NCBI GenBank assembly: GCA_009914755.4
Contig: CP086569.2
Span: 11,008,001-11,072,000 of the forward strand
Reading direction: 5' to 3'
DNA from: the human T2T-CHM13v2.0 reference genome, Homo sapiens
Length of the DNA stretch: 64,000 nt
Shown here: piece after piece, positions 38,746-52,408 of the stretch
How positions within the stretch are numbered: position 1 is the stretch's first letter
Layout: the number at the start of each line of letters is the position of its first letter
Translations under genes and position numbers: made by a program
Notes under the pieces: model-generated
Database searches by the model: none
What the model was told of the DNA's origin: nothing
The model's input: only the letters and a program-made list of their open reading frames with translations

Positions 38746-39303
38746 ATTCCATTCCATTCCATTCCATTCCATTCCATTCCATTCCACTCCACTCCATTCC
38801 ACTCCATTCCTTTCCTTTCCACTGCACTCCGATCCAATCCTCTCACTTCCACTCCTCTCCATTCCACTCCATTCCATTCCGTTCCATTCCATTCTGTTCC
38901 ATTCCAATCTTTTTCACTCAACTCCTTTCCATTCCACTCCATTCCACTTCACTCCACTCCACTCCAAACCCCTCCACTCCACTCAATTCCTTTCCTTTCC
39001 ATTCCTCTGCACTCTGGTCCACTCCATTAAGCTCCACTCCACTCTATTCCACTCTGTTCCATTCCATTCAACCCCTATTCACTCCAATGCAACTCATTCC
39101 ATTCCTCTCCAACCCACCCCAATCCACTCCATTCCACTACACTCCATTCATTCCACTCTGTTCCGTTCAAATCCATTCCATTCCAATCCATTGCACTCCA
39201 TTCCTCTCCACTCCATTGCACTCCACTCCCCTCCATTCCACTCCACTCCATTCCATTCCTTTCTACTCCATTCCATTCCATTTTACTCTATTCCATTCCA
39301 ATC

Positions 39304-39382
39304 CTTTATTTTGACTGGTTCTCTCTCTATCACCCATCTGGAGTTCAGTGGCACAATCTTAGCTCACCTTTCATTTCACGAT
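39304..39382 (-). mobile_element. Alu-derived fragment module, copy 59
   Basis: TGGTTCTCTCTCTATCACCCATCTGGAGTTCAGTGGCACAATCTTAGCTCAC. Confidence 0.75.
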
Positions 39383-39837
39383 TCCATTCCATTCCATTCC
39401 CTTCCAATCCGTTCTATTCCATTCCATTCCATTCCAGTCCACTGCACTCGTCTCCAATCCATTGATTTCATTTCATTCCAATGCACTCTTATCCACTCCA
39501 CTCAACTCCACTCCACTGCACTCAACTGCACTCCATTCCATTCCTTACCGTTCCCTTCAATTCCATTCCCTTCCACTCCATTCCTTTCCACTCCTCTCCA
39601 TTCCACTCCACTCCAATTCACTCCATTACCCTCTATTCGACTCCACTCCACTCCATTCCACTGCATGGCATTCCATTCCACTCCATTTCATTCAATTACT
39701 TTCCACTCCATTCTACTCCATTCCACTCCACTCCATTCCACTGCAATCCATTCTAATCCTCTCTACCGCATTCCACTTCATTCCATTCCACTCCACTTCA
39801 TTTCGTTCTGTTCTTCTAAATTCCTTTCCCCTCCATT

Positions 39838-39918
39838 CATTTATGTCGACAGGATCTCACTCTTTCACCGAGACTGGATTGCAGTGAAACCATCTTAGCT
39901 CACATTTCATTTCACCGT
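39838..39918 (-). mobile_element. Alu-derived fragment module, copy 60
   Basis: GTCGACAGGATCTCACTCTTTCACCGAGACTGGATTGCAGTGAAACCATCTTAGCTCAC. Confidence 0.75.
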
Positions 39919-40185
39919 TTCATTCCATTCCATTCCGTTCCACTCCATTCCATTCCACTAAATTCCACTCTATTCCACTGCATTCCACTCCACTGCAGTC
40001 CATTGCACTCCATTCCACTCCATTCCATTCAATTCTACTCCAGTTCATTCCATTCCACTCCCTTCTCCTCCATTCCACTACATTTCATTCCACTCCACTC
40101 CATTGCACTTCAGTCCACTCTATTCCACTCTATTGCAATCCACTCCACTCCATTCAATTTCAGGATACTCCATTCCTTTCTATTC

Positions 40186-40262
40186 CCCTATTTCGACTGG
40201 ATCTCACTCTGTCACCCAGACCGGAGTGCAGTTTCACTATCTTAGGTCACATGTCATTTCCT
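40186..40262 (-). mobile_element. Alu-derived fragment module, copy 61
   Basis: TTTCGACTGGATCTCACTCTGTCACCCAGACCGGAGTGCAGTTTCACTATCTTAGGTCAC. Confidence 0.8.
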
Positions 40263-40725
40263 AATTCCATTCAATTCCATTTAATTCCCTTCCATTACAT
40301 TCCAATCAACTAAACTCAACTCCAATCCACTCCACTCCACTTCCCTTAATGCTACACCACTCCATTCCATTCAATTTCATTCAATTCCTTTCCACTGCAC
40401 TGCGATCCACTCCAGTCAACTTCACTCAACTCCACTCCTTTCCATTCCATACAGTAACCTTCCATTCTGTTACATTTCACTCCCTTCCTTTCCAATCCAT
40501 TCCATTCCTCTCCACTCCAATTCACTCCATTCACCTCCTTTCCACTCCACTCCATTCCATTCCATTGCATTCAACTAAATTCCATTCCATTTTTTCCACT
40601 CCATTCCATTCCATTCCACTAAATTCCATTCCAATACTTTCTACTCTACTCCACCACATTCTGCTCCATTCCATTCCACTCTACTCCATTCCATTCAATT
40701 CTACTACGTTCCATTTCATTCCATT

Positions 40726-40804
40726 ATTTTATTTCGACTTGGTCTCATCCTTCGTACCAGACTGGAGTGAAGTGGCACAATCTTACCTCACATTTCATTT
40801 CACA
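40726..40804 (-). mobile_element. Alu-derived fragment module, copy 62
   Basis: TTTCGACTTGGTCTCATCCTTCGTACCAGACTGGAGTGAAGTGGCACAATCTTACCTCAC. Confidence 0.7.
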
Positions 40805-42578
40805 ATTCCATTCCATTCCATTCCATTCCATTCCATTCCATTCCACTAAAATCCTCTCCACTCCACTCCATTCCATTCCATTCCACTGCACTTCAATCCA
40901 CTCCACTGAATTCCACTCCACTCCAATTTTTTCCATTCCGTTTTGTTCCTTTCCATTCCATTCCGCTTTTCTCCATTCCATTCCATTCCACTCCATTCTA
41001 CTCCACTTCACTTCTCTCCACTCCACTCTAGTACTCTACTCTACACTAAACTTCACTCCATTCCATTCCATTCCATTCCACTGCATCCTGATCCTCTCCG
41101 CTCAACTTGTCTCCCCTCCACTCCATCCCGTTTCGTTCCGTTACATTTTTTCTTTTCCATTCCATTCTATGCCATCCCATTCCATTCCACTTAATTGCAC
41201 TCCACTCCAATCCACTCCACTCCACTCCATTGCATTCCACTCCACTCCACTGCACTCCGTTCCACTCTTCTCAACTCTTATCCACTCCACTACACTCTGT
41301 TCCATTCCATTCCGTTCCATTTTGTTACATTCCATTCCACTCCATTACATTTCAGTCCACTCCATTGCACTCCACTCCACGCCTTTCCACTCCACTCCAT
41401 TTCACTCCATTCCACTCCATTCCACTCGACTCCACTGCACTCTGTTACTTTCCGTTCCATTCCATTCCATTCCATTCCATTCCATTCCATTCCATTCCAT
41501 TCACTTCCATTCCATTCCTCTGCACTCCATTCCACTCCACTCCACTCCTCTCCACTCCCTTCCATTCTGGTACATTCCGTTTGGTTCTGTTCTGTTCCAT
41601 TCTACTCCATTGCACTGCACTTCACTTTCTTCCAATCTACTGCATTTCACACAAGTCCACTGCATTCCACTCCACTCCACTGCACTTCAAACGACTCTAA
41701 TCCACTCCATTCCATTTCACTCCACTCCACTCCATTTCACTATGTTGTACTCCATTCCACTCCACTCCATTACATTCCACACCACTCTATTCCATTCCAA
41801 TCCACTCCATTCTATTCCTTTCCTTTTCATTCCATTTCATTCCATTGCATTCCGTTGCATTCCTTTCTAGTCCATTCCCATCCATTTCATTCCATTCCAT
41901 TCCATTCCACTCCACTCGATTTCATTCCATTCCACTCCATTCCATTTCATTCCTCTGTACTCCATTCCATTCAACTCCACTCCACCCCACTCCAATCCAT
42001 TCCACTCAACTCCACTACTCTCCACTCCACTCCTCTCCATTCCATTCCATTGGATTCCATTTTATTCTATTCAGTTCCATTCCATTCCACTCCACTCCAT
42101 TCGATTCAATTTCACTGAACTCCGATCTACTCCACTCCACTCCACTTCACTCCGTTCCCTTCCATTGCTTTCCTTTAACTTTCATTATTTTCCATTCCCT
42201 TCCATTCCTTTCCATTTCATTGCACTCCATTCCATTTCACTCCGTTCGTCTCCATTACACACAAATCCACTCAACTTCACTCCACTCCACTCTACTCCAT
42301 TACATTCCTTTCCATTCCATTCAGTTCCATTCCATTCCACTCCCTTCCATTCCACTCCACTCCATTCCTCTCCACTCCATTTCTCTCCATTCCACTCTAT
42401 TCAACTACTCTCCATTCCACTCCCCTCCACTCCATTGCAATACACTCCATTCCATTCCCTTCCACTCCATTCCCTTCTATTCCATTCCACTCCATTCCTC
42501 TCCACTCCACTCCATTTGACTCCATTCTATTCCACACAACTCCATTCCATTCCATTCTATTCCTTTCTATTCCATTCC

Positions 42579-42655
42579 ATTATTTCGACTGCGTCTCTCT
42601 CTGTCACCCACACTGGAATACAGTGGAACAATCTTACCTAACATTTTGTTTCACA
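42579..42655 (-). mobile_element. Alu-derived fragment module, copy 63 (diverged)
   Basis: TTTCGACTGCGTCTCTCTCTGTCACCCACACTGGAATACAGTGGAACAATCTTACCTAAC. Confidence 0.6.
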
Positions 42656-43980
42656 ATACGCTTCCATTCCATTTCATTCCATTCCACTCCACTCCACTCC
42701 ATTTCTTTACACTTCTCTCCACCCCACTTCACTCCACTCCACTCAACTACACTCCATTTCATTCCATTGCACTCCAATCCTCTCCAATCCATTCATTTCC
42801 ACTGAATTCCATTCATTTCCATTCCATTGCCCTGCACTCAGACCCACTCTATGCCACTCCACTGCATTACACCCTGCAACAATCCATTTCATTCCCTTCC
42901 ATTCCACGCCAATCCATGCCATTCCATTCCATTCCACTCCATTCCTTTCCACTCCACCCCTTTCCATTCCACTCCACTCCACTCCCTTCCATTGCACTCA
43001 ACTCCATTCCATTCCATTCCATTCCATTCCATTGTATTCCATTCCATTCCATTAAAGTGCACTCAGATCCACTCCACTCGACTCCACTCCACTCCTTTCC
43101 ATTCCATTCCATACATTCCATATCATTCCAATCCATTCCATTCCATGAAATTCCATTCCAATCCACTCCCTTCCATTCCACTCCATCGAACTCCATTCCT
43201 CTCCATTCCACTCCACTGCACTCCTCTCCAATGCACTCCACTCCAATCTACTTTATTCCATTCCATGAAATTCTACTGCACTCCAATCCACTCCACCCAA
43301 CTCTACTCCACTCGAATCCATTCCACTCCATTCCCTTCCGTTTGTTCCATTCGGTTCCTTTCCATTCCACTCGGTTCTGCTCCATTCCACTCCATTACAT
43401 TCCACTCAAATCTTTTCCTCTCCACTCCATTTCACTCCATTCCACTCCACTCCACTGCATTCCACTCCACTCCACTCAACTCCTTCCCATTCAGTCCACT
43501 TCACTCCATTCCATTCCATTCCATTTCTTTTGACTGCACTCCGAAACACTCCACTCAACTCCACTCCACTGCACTCCATTCTATTCCATTCCATTCCATT
43601 CTGTTCTATTATGTTCTATCTCATTCCACTCTGTTTGATTCCACTACACTCCATTCCTATCCTTTCCGTTTCACTCCGTTCCACTCCATACTACTACACT
43701 CCACTGCACTCCACTCCAATATACTCCATTCCATTCCATTGTACTCCCATTCCATTCCATTCCAATTCATTCCACTCCACTCCAATGCACTCCACAGCAT
43801 TCCACTCCACACAATTTCACTCCATCCATTCCACTGAGTTCCATTAATTTTCATTCCACTCTGTTACACTCCTTTCCAATTCATTCCATTCCACTCCACT
43901 ATATTCCACTCCACTCCATTCCCCTCCATTCCATTCCACCCAACACCATTCTAGTCCATTCTATTCCACTCCAATCCATT

Positions 43981-44058
43981 CTTTATTTCGACTGGATCTC
44001 ACTCTTTCACACAGACTGAAGTGCAGTGGCACAATCTTAACTCACATTACATTTCACC
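43981..44058 (-). mobile_element. Alu-derived fragment module, copy 64
   Basis: TTTCGACTGGATCTCACTCTTTCACACAGACTGAAGTGCAGTGGCACAATCTTAACTCAC. Confidence 0.8.
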
Positions 44059-45342
44059 ATTCAATTGCATTGCATTCCATTTCATTCCATTCCATTCCAC
44101 TCCACTCCACTCCATTCCATTCCATTCAATTCCATTCCATTGCATTCCATTCCAGAGAACTGCACTCTTCTCCACTCCACTCCATTCCATTCCATTGCAT
44201 TCAACTCCATTTCCATGGACTCCGATCCACTAAACTCATTTCCACTCCAGTCCATTCCACTCTTCTCCTTTCAATTCTATTCCATTCCATTCGTTTCCAT
44301 TCCATTCTATTCTGTTTCATTACATTCAATTGCATTCCATTCCATTCCATTCCATTCCATTCCTTCCTATTCCATTCCAATCCATTCCTTTCCAATTCAC
44401 TCTGTCCTACTCCATTGCATTCCTTTCCACTCCACTACATTCCATTCCATTCCACTGCATTCCATTCCATTCCACACCATTCCATTCTATTCCTTTCCAT
44501 TTTACTCCACTCCTCTGCAATCCACCCAAATCCTCTCCACTCCAAACCATTCTACTCCACTCCACTCCACACCTCTTCTCTCCATTCTTTTCCAATTTAT
44601 TCCATTCCACCTTCTTCCATTCCACTTCACTCCATTCCATTTCATTCAATTCCACTGCACTCCCATCAATTCCACTAAACTCCACGGGACTACAATCCAC
44701 TACACGCCATTTCAGTCCGTTTCTTTCCATTAAATTACATTCCATTGCATTCCACACCACTCCATTCCATTCCACTCCAGTCCACTCCGTTCCACTCCAT
44801 TCCACTCCACTCCACTCATCTCCACTCCATTGGACTCAATTCCATGCCATTCCCGTCCATTCCATTCCACTGCACTCCATTCCACTCCACTCAACTGTTT
44901 TCCACTCCACTCCACTCTACTCTGTTCCATTCCATTCCGTTGCATTCCTATCCGTTCCGTTCCATTCCACTCCACTCCATTTCACTCCCTTGATCTCCAC
45001 TCCACTCGTCTCCACTCCACTTCATTACATTCTATTCGACTACATTTCATTCCACTAAACTCCATTCCATTTCATTCTATTCTGCACCTTTCCATTCCTT
45101 TCCACTCCACTCCATTCCACTCCACACCATTCCACTCCACTCCACTTCACTCAAATCCAATCAATTCCATTCCATTCCTCTGAGTTCCATTAATTTGCAT
45201 TCCACTCCATTACATTCCTCTGCAGTTCAGTCCTTTCCCCTCCACTCCATTCCACTCCACTTCATTCCACTCCACTCCACTCCATTCCCCTCAATTCCAT
45301 TCCAACCCACACCATTCTGCTCCATTCTATTCCATTGCATTC

Positions 45343-45420
45343 ATTAATTTGACTGGATCTCACTAGGTCACCCAGACTGGAGTGCAGCAGCACAATCTCT
45401 GCTCACATTACATTTCACCA
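45343..45420 (-). mobile_element. Alu-derived fragment module, copy 65
   Basis: TTTGACTGGATCTCACTAGGTCACCCAGACTGGAGTGCAGCAGCACAATCTCTGCTCAC. Confidence 0.8.
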
Positions 45421-46793
45421 TTCCATTCCATTCCATTCCATTCCATTCCATTCCATTCCATTCCATTGCATTTAATTCCAGTCAACTCCACTCCACTCCA
45501 TTCCATTCCATTCCATTCAACTCCATTTCCGTGCACTCCTATCCACTGAAATATTTTCCACTCCACTCCATTCCACTCCACTCCTCTCCACTCCAGTACA
45601 TTCCGGTCCATTCTATTCCATTCTGATCCATTCCATTGCATTCCATTCAATTCCTTTCCATTGCCCTCCACTCCATTTCTTTCCACTCCATTCCGCTCCA
45701 CTCCATTCCACTCCATTGCATTCCATTCCTTTCCATTCCAGTGCACTGCATTCCACTCCACTTGATTCCACACCATGGCAAGCCACTCCAATTCCTGACA
45801 TTCTGTGGCGTTCCATTCCATAAATTTCCGTTCAGTTCCTTTCCATTCCACTCCATTCCATTCCTATCCTCTCCATGCTACTGCACTCCCTTAAACTCTA
45901 TTCCACTCCATTCCATTCCACTTCACTCTACTCCACCGCATTCCATTCCGATATATTCCATTCCATTGTGTTCCATTCCATTCCTCTCTCTTGGATTCCA
46001 TTCCATTCCACTCCACTCCATTCCATTCCACCTCTTTCTACTCCAATCCACTCCACCCCAATCCACTCCATTCCATTCCGTTCCTTTCCATTCACTTCCT
46101 TCCCATTTCACTCCTTTCCATTTGTCTCCAATCAATTCCACCCCACACCATTTCATGCCACATTGATCCACTTCCCTCATATTTACAGCATTCCATTCCA
46201 GTCCATTCCATTCCAATCCATTGAAATGCATTTCATTCCATTACATTCAACTCCACTCCATTCCACTCCACTGCGTTTGACTTCATTGCACTCCACTCTT
46301 CTTTCCACTCCCTGCCACTCAACTCCTCTCCACTCCACTCAATTCCATTAAACTCCACTGCATTGCATTCCTCTCCATTCCATTCCATTCCATTCCTCTC
46401 CACTCCACTCCATTCTATTCCACTCCATTCCAATCGACTCCATTCCATTCCACTCCATTCCACTCCACTCCAATCCACTCCACTCCATTCCACTCAAATC
46501 CTTTCCATTCCATTCCATTGCATTCCTTTCCTTTCCATTCCATTCCATTCCATTCATTCCACTGCACTGCGATCCACTCCACTTGACTCCACATCACTGC
46601 TAGCCACTCCACTCCACTCCATTCCATTTCGTGCCATTCTCTTCTGTTCCCTTCCATTCCACTCCATTCCATTCCACTCCACTCTATTCCACTCTACTCC
46701 ATTTCCCACCATTCCCCTCGATTCCACTCACCTCCACTCCACTCCACTGCCCTCCTCTCCACTCCATTCCATTCAGTTCCATTGCATTCCATT

Positions 46794-46873
46794 CCTTTAT
46801 TACGACTGAATATCTCCCTTTTAGGCAGACTGGAGTGCAGTGGCACAGTCTTAGCTCACATTTCATTTCACCT
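46794..46873 (-). mobile_element. Alu-derived fragment module, copy 66 (start of ~5.5-kb HOR copy 1)
   Basis: TTTATTACGACTGAATATCTCCCTTTTAGGCAGACTGGAGTGCAGTGGCACAGTCTTAGCTCAC. Confidence 0.75.
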
Positions 46874-49800
46874 TTCTATTCCATTCCATTTCACTCCACT
46901 ACACTCCATTCCATTCCATTCCATTCAATTCCATTCCAGTCCATTCCATTCCTTTCCTCTGCACTCCCAACCACTCCACTCAACTCCAATCCACTCCACT
47001 CCACTCCCTTCCGTTCCGCTCCATTCCGTTTCATTCTCTTCCATTCCATTCCATTCCATTTCATTCCACTCCACTCCATTCCAATCCACTAGATTTCTCT
47101 CCATTCCTCTCCATTCCATTAAGCTTCACTCCATTCCACTCCACTCAATTTCATTCCTCTACATTCCACTACATTCCACTCGATTCCATTCCTCTCCATT
47201 CCACACCATTTCACTCCACTCCATTCCACTCCACTCCACTCCACTCCAGTCCTTTCCCATCCATTCGATTCCATTCTGTTCCATGCCATTGCATTCTGTT
47301 CAGTTCCATTCTATTTCCCTCAACGCCATTCCATTCCACTCCATTCCAATGCACTCCACTCCATTCCACTATACTCCACTCTTCTCCACTACACTCCACT
47401 CCAGTTCATTTCACTCTTCTACACTCCTCTCCTTTCCATTCCATTCTGATCCATTCCACTCCTATCCATTCCACTGCACTCCTTTTCAATCCACTGTGAT
47501 ACACTACCCTCAACTCCACAACATTCGTTTACATTCCATTCCATTCCACTCCATTTCATTTCCACTTCATTCCACTGTACTGAATTGCACTCCACTTCGT
47601 TTCACTCCATTGCACTCCATGCTACTCCATTCTAGTTCTCTTCATTCTATTCCACTCCATTCCATTAAACTCCACTCCATTATATTCCACTCAATTCCAT
47701 TCCATTCCATTCCCTTCCAATCCATTCCATTCCATTCCATTCCATTCCATTCCATTCCATTCCATTCCATTCCATTCCTTTGTCCCATCCAGTCTATTCA
47801 ACTCCACTGCACTGCACTCCACCCCAATCCCCTCCATTGCATACCATTTCATTCCATTCCATACCAATCCATTCCACTCCTATCCATTCCACTCCAGTCC
47901 ATTTCAATCCACTGTGATACACTACCCTCAAATCCACAGCATTCCTCTCCATTCCATTTAATTCCACTCCATTTCATTTCCACTTCATTCCACTCTGCTG
48001 CATTGCACTCCACTCCGTTTCACTCCATTACACTCCATTCTACTCCATTCGAGCCCACTCCACTCTATTCCACTCCATTCCATTAAACTCTACTCCATTA
48101 CATTCCACTCAATTCCATTCCATTCCATTCCATTCCATTTGTCTGCACTCCCATCCACTCTATTCAACTCCAATCCACTCTACTCCACTCCACCCCAATC
48201 CCCTCCATTCCATTCCATTTAATTCCATTCCATTCCACTCCATTCCATTCCACTCCTATCCATTCCTCTCCACTCCATTTCACTCCACTGTTATACTCTA
48301 CCTTCAACTCCCCAGTATTCCATTACATTCTATTCCATTCCTTTCCTTTCTATTAAACTCCTTTCTGCTCCATTTCATTCCACGAAATTCTAATCGGTTC
48401 CATTCCACTCCACTCCCTGTTACTCCATTGCATTCCATTCTACTCCATTCGACTGCACTCCACTCCACTCCTTTCCGTTAAACTCCTCTCCATTCCGTTG
48501 CACTCCATTCCATCCCAGTCCACTCCAATCGACTCCATTCCATTCCACTCCATTCCAATGCACTCCACTCCATTCCACTACACTCCACTCTTCTCCACTC
48601 CACTCCACTCCATTTCATTTCACTCCTCTCCACTCCACTCCTTTCCATTCCATTCTGTTCCTTTCCACTCCTATCCTTTCTACTGCACTCCTTTTCAATC
48701 CATTGTGATACACTACCCTCAACTCCACAACATTCCTTTCCATTCCATGCCATTCCACTCCATTCCACTCCATTTCATTTCCACTTCATCCTACTCCACT
48801 GCATTGCTCTCCACTTCGTTTCACTCCATTGCACTCCATTCTACTCCATTCGAGTCTACTTCATTCTATTCCACTCCATTCCATTAAACTCCACTCCATT
48901 ATATTCCACTCAATTCCATTCCATTCCATTCCCTTCCATTCCATTCCATTCCATTCCATTCCATTCCATTCCATTCCATTCCTCTGTCCCATCCACTCTA
49001 TTCAACTCCACTGCACTCCACTCCACCCCAATCCCCTCCATTCCATTCCATTTCATTCCATTCCATTCCACTCCTATCCATTCCACTCCATTCCATTTCA
49101 CTCCACTGTTATACACTACCATCAAATACCCAGAATTCCATTCCATTCTATTATTTTCCTTTCCGTTCCACTCCTTTCCAATCCATTTCATTCCACTAAA
49201 TTCCAATCCTTACCGTTCCACTCCACTCCGTGTCACTCCTTTGCACTCCATTGTACTCCATTCGACTCCACTCCATTCCACTCCATTCCATTATACTCCA
49301 CTCCATTTCGTTGCACTCCATTCCATTCCAGTACACTCTAATCCACTCCATTCCGTTCCACTCCATTCCAATACACTTCATTCCATTCCACTTCACTCCA
49401 CTCTTCTCCTCTACACTCTACTCTGGTTCATTTCACTCCTCTCCACTATACTCCACTGCTTTCCATTCCATTCCATTCCATTCCATTCCATTCCATTCCA
49501 TTCCACTGCACTATAATCCACTCCACTTGAATCCACAACACTCCACACCACTCCACTCCATTCCATTCCATGCCATTCCTTTCCATACCGTTCCATTCCA
49601 TTTTGTTCCATTCTACTCCATTCGATTCCCCTCCACTCCCTTCAACTCCATTCCATTCCATTCCAGTCCATTCCACTCCACTCCATACCACTCCACTCCA
49701 TTCCACTCCAGTCCGTTCCCGTCCATTGCATTCCATTCTGTTCCATTCCATTGCATTCTGTTCAAATCCATTCCACTCCCCTCCACTCCATTCCATTCCA

Positions 49801-51748
49801 CTCCATTCCACTCCTTTGCACTCCACTCCATTCTACTCCATTCCATTCCATTCCATTTCATTCCATTCCATTACACTCCATTCCACTCCATTCTATTCCA
49901 CTCCATTCCATTCCACTCCTATCCATTCCACTCCATTCCATTCCACTCCTATCCATTCCACTCCACTCCATTCCAATCCACTGTCATACACTACCCATAA
50001 ATCCACAGCTTTCCATTCCATCCATTCAAATCCGCTCCATTCCACTCCATTTCATTTCCACTACATTCCACTTCACTGCATTGCACTCCACTCCGTTTCA
50101 CTCCACTGCACTCCATTCTACTTCATTCGACTCCAGGCCACTCTACTCCTCTCCATTCCATTAAACTCCACTCCATTACATTTCACTCAATTCCATTCCA
50201 TTCCTGTCCATTCCATTCCATTCCAGTCCTCTGAACTCCCATCCACTCTATTCAATTCCACTACACCCCAATCCAATCCATTCCATTCCTTTTCATTAAA
50301 TTCCATTCCACTCCATTCCATTCCACTCCTATCCATTCCACTCCACTCCATTTCACTCCACTGTGATACACTACCCTCATCTCCACAGCATTCCTTTCCA
50401 TTCCATTCCATTCCTTTCTATTCCACTCCATTTCATACCACTAAATTCCAATCTTCTCCATTCCACTCCACTCCGTTTCACTCCATTGCACTCCCTTCTA
50501 CTCCATTTGACTCCACTCCGCTCCATTCCATTAAACTCCACTCCATTCCGTTTCAATCCTTTCCATCCCATTCCATTCCAGTCCACTCCAATCCACTCCA
50601 TTCCATTCCACTACATTCCAATGCACTCCACTCCATTCCACTCCACTCTTCTCCACTACACTCCACTCCAGTTCATTTCACTCCTCTCCACTCCACTCCA
50701 CTCCTTTCCATTCCATTCTGTTCCATTCCATTTGATTCCTTTCCATTCCAATCCATTCCATTCTATTCCATTCCACTGCACTTCAGTCCACACCACTTTA
50801 CGCCACAACACTCCACAGCACTCAACTCCATTCCGTTCCGTGCCGTTTCGTTAAATAGCATTCCATTCCATTTTGTTCCATTCCACTCCCTTCCATTCCA
50901 CTCAACTCCCTTTAACTCCATTCCATTCCATTCCATTCCATTCCATTCCATTCCATTCCATTCCATTCCATTCCACCCCATTCAACTCCACTCCACTCCA
51001 ATCCATTCCATTCCATTCTGTTCCATTGCATTCCATTGCTTTCGATTCCTTCACATTCTACTCCACTGCATTCCATTCCACTTCATTCCACTGCACTCCA
51101 CTCCATCCCAATCCATTCCATTCCATTCCACTCCTTTCCATTCCTCTCAACTCCATTCAAATCCACTCCATTTCACTCCACTCTGATCCACTCCCGTCAA
51201 CTCCACCACATTCCATTCCACTCCATTTCACTCCATTTCATTCCTTTACATTCTACTACACTCCATTCCACTGCAGTCCATTTTACTCCCTTGCACTCCA
51301 TTCTACTCGATTCCACTCCACTCCACTGCATTCCAATCCATTCCATTTAATTCCACTCCTTTCCATTTCCCTCAATTCCATTCCTTTCTATTTCATTCCA
51401 CTCCACTCCACTCCATTCCACTCCATTCCAATCCATTCCCCTCCATTTCACTACATTCCACTCCACAACACTCCAGTCCACTCCACTGTATTCCCTTCCA
51501 TTCCATTCCACTCCACTTCACTCTGATCCACTCCTGTTGACTCCACAACATTCCATGAAACTTCACTGCATACCAATCCCGGCTGTTCTATTCTGTTCTG
51601 TTCCATTCCACTCCATTCAATTCCACTCCACTTTTTATCAATCCACGCCATTTCACTCCATTCCCCTCTATTCCCCTCCTCTCATATCCAATCCACTCCA
51701 CTATACTCCACTCCATTTCATTCCTTTCAGCTCCATTCCATTCCATTC

Positions 51749-51828
51749 CTTTATTTCGAATGAATCTCACTCTGTTACCCAGACTGGAGTGCAGTGTCAC
51801 AATATTAGTTCACACTTCATTTCACCTT
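51749..51828 (-). mobile_element. Alu-derived fragment module, copy 67
   Basis: TTTCGAATGAATCTCACTCTGTTACCCAGACTGGAGTGCAGTGTCACAATATTAGTTCAC. Confidence 0.8.
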
Positions 51829-52328
51829 TCCATTTCATTCCATTCCATTCCATTCCATTCCATTCCATTCCATTCCATTTCATTCCATTCCATTCCATTC
51901 CACTCCATTCCATTCCATTGCACTCCGATCCGATATAGTCCACTCCACTCCACTCCATTCCATTAAAATTCCCTCCATTGCTTTCCATTCCATTTCATTC
52001 CATTCCATTCCAATCCACTCCACTCTATTCTTTTCCACTCCATTCCCCTCCAGTGCTCTCCACTCCACTCAGCTCCTTTACGTTCCATTCTATTCCACTG
52101 CACTCTGTTCCACTCCACTTGGCTCCACACCACTGTCCGTCACTCCACTCCATTCCATTCAATGCCATTCCCTTCCATTCCATTCCATTCTACTCCACTG
52201 CATTCCCGTCCACTCCCTTCCATTCCACTCCACTCCATTTCACTCCATTACCCTCTAATTCATCCCCTCCACCCCATTCCACTGCCCTCCACTCCACTCA
52301 ATTACATTCAGCTCCATTCCATTCCATT

Positions 52329-52408
52329 CCTTTATTACGACCGAATCTCTCCCTTCCACGCAGACTGGAGTGCGGTGGCACAATCTTAGCTCTCATTTCA
52401 TTTCACAA
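52329..52408 (-). mobile_element. Alu-derived fragment module, copy 68 (HOR-equivalent of copy 66)
   Basis: TTTATTACGACCGAATCTCTCCCTTCCACGCAGACTGGAGTGCGGTGGCACAATCTTAGCTCTC; it shares the unusual TTACGAC junction and a CCCTT insertion with copy 66. Confidence 0.75.
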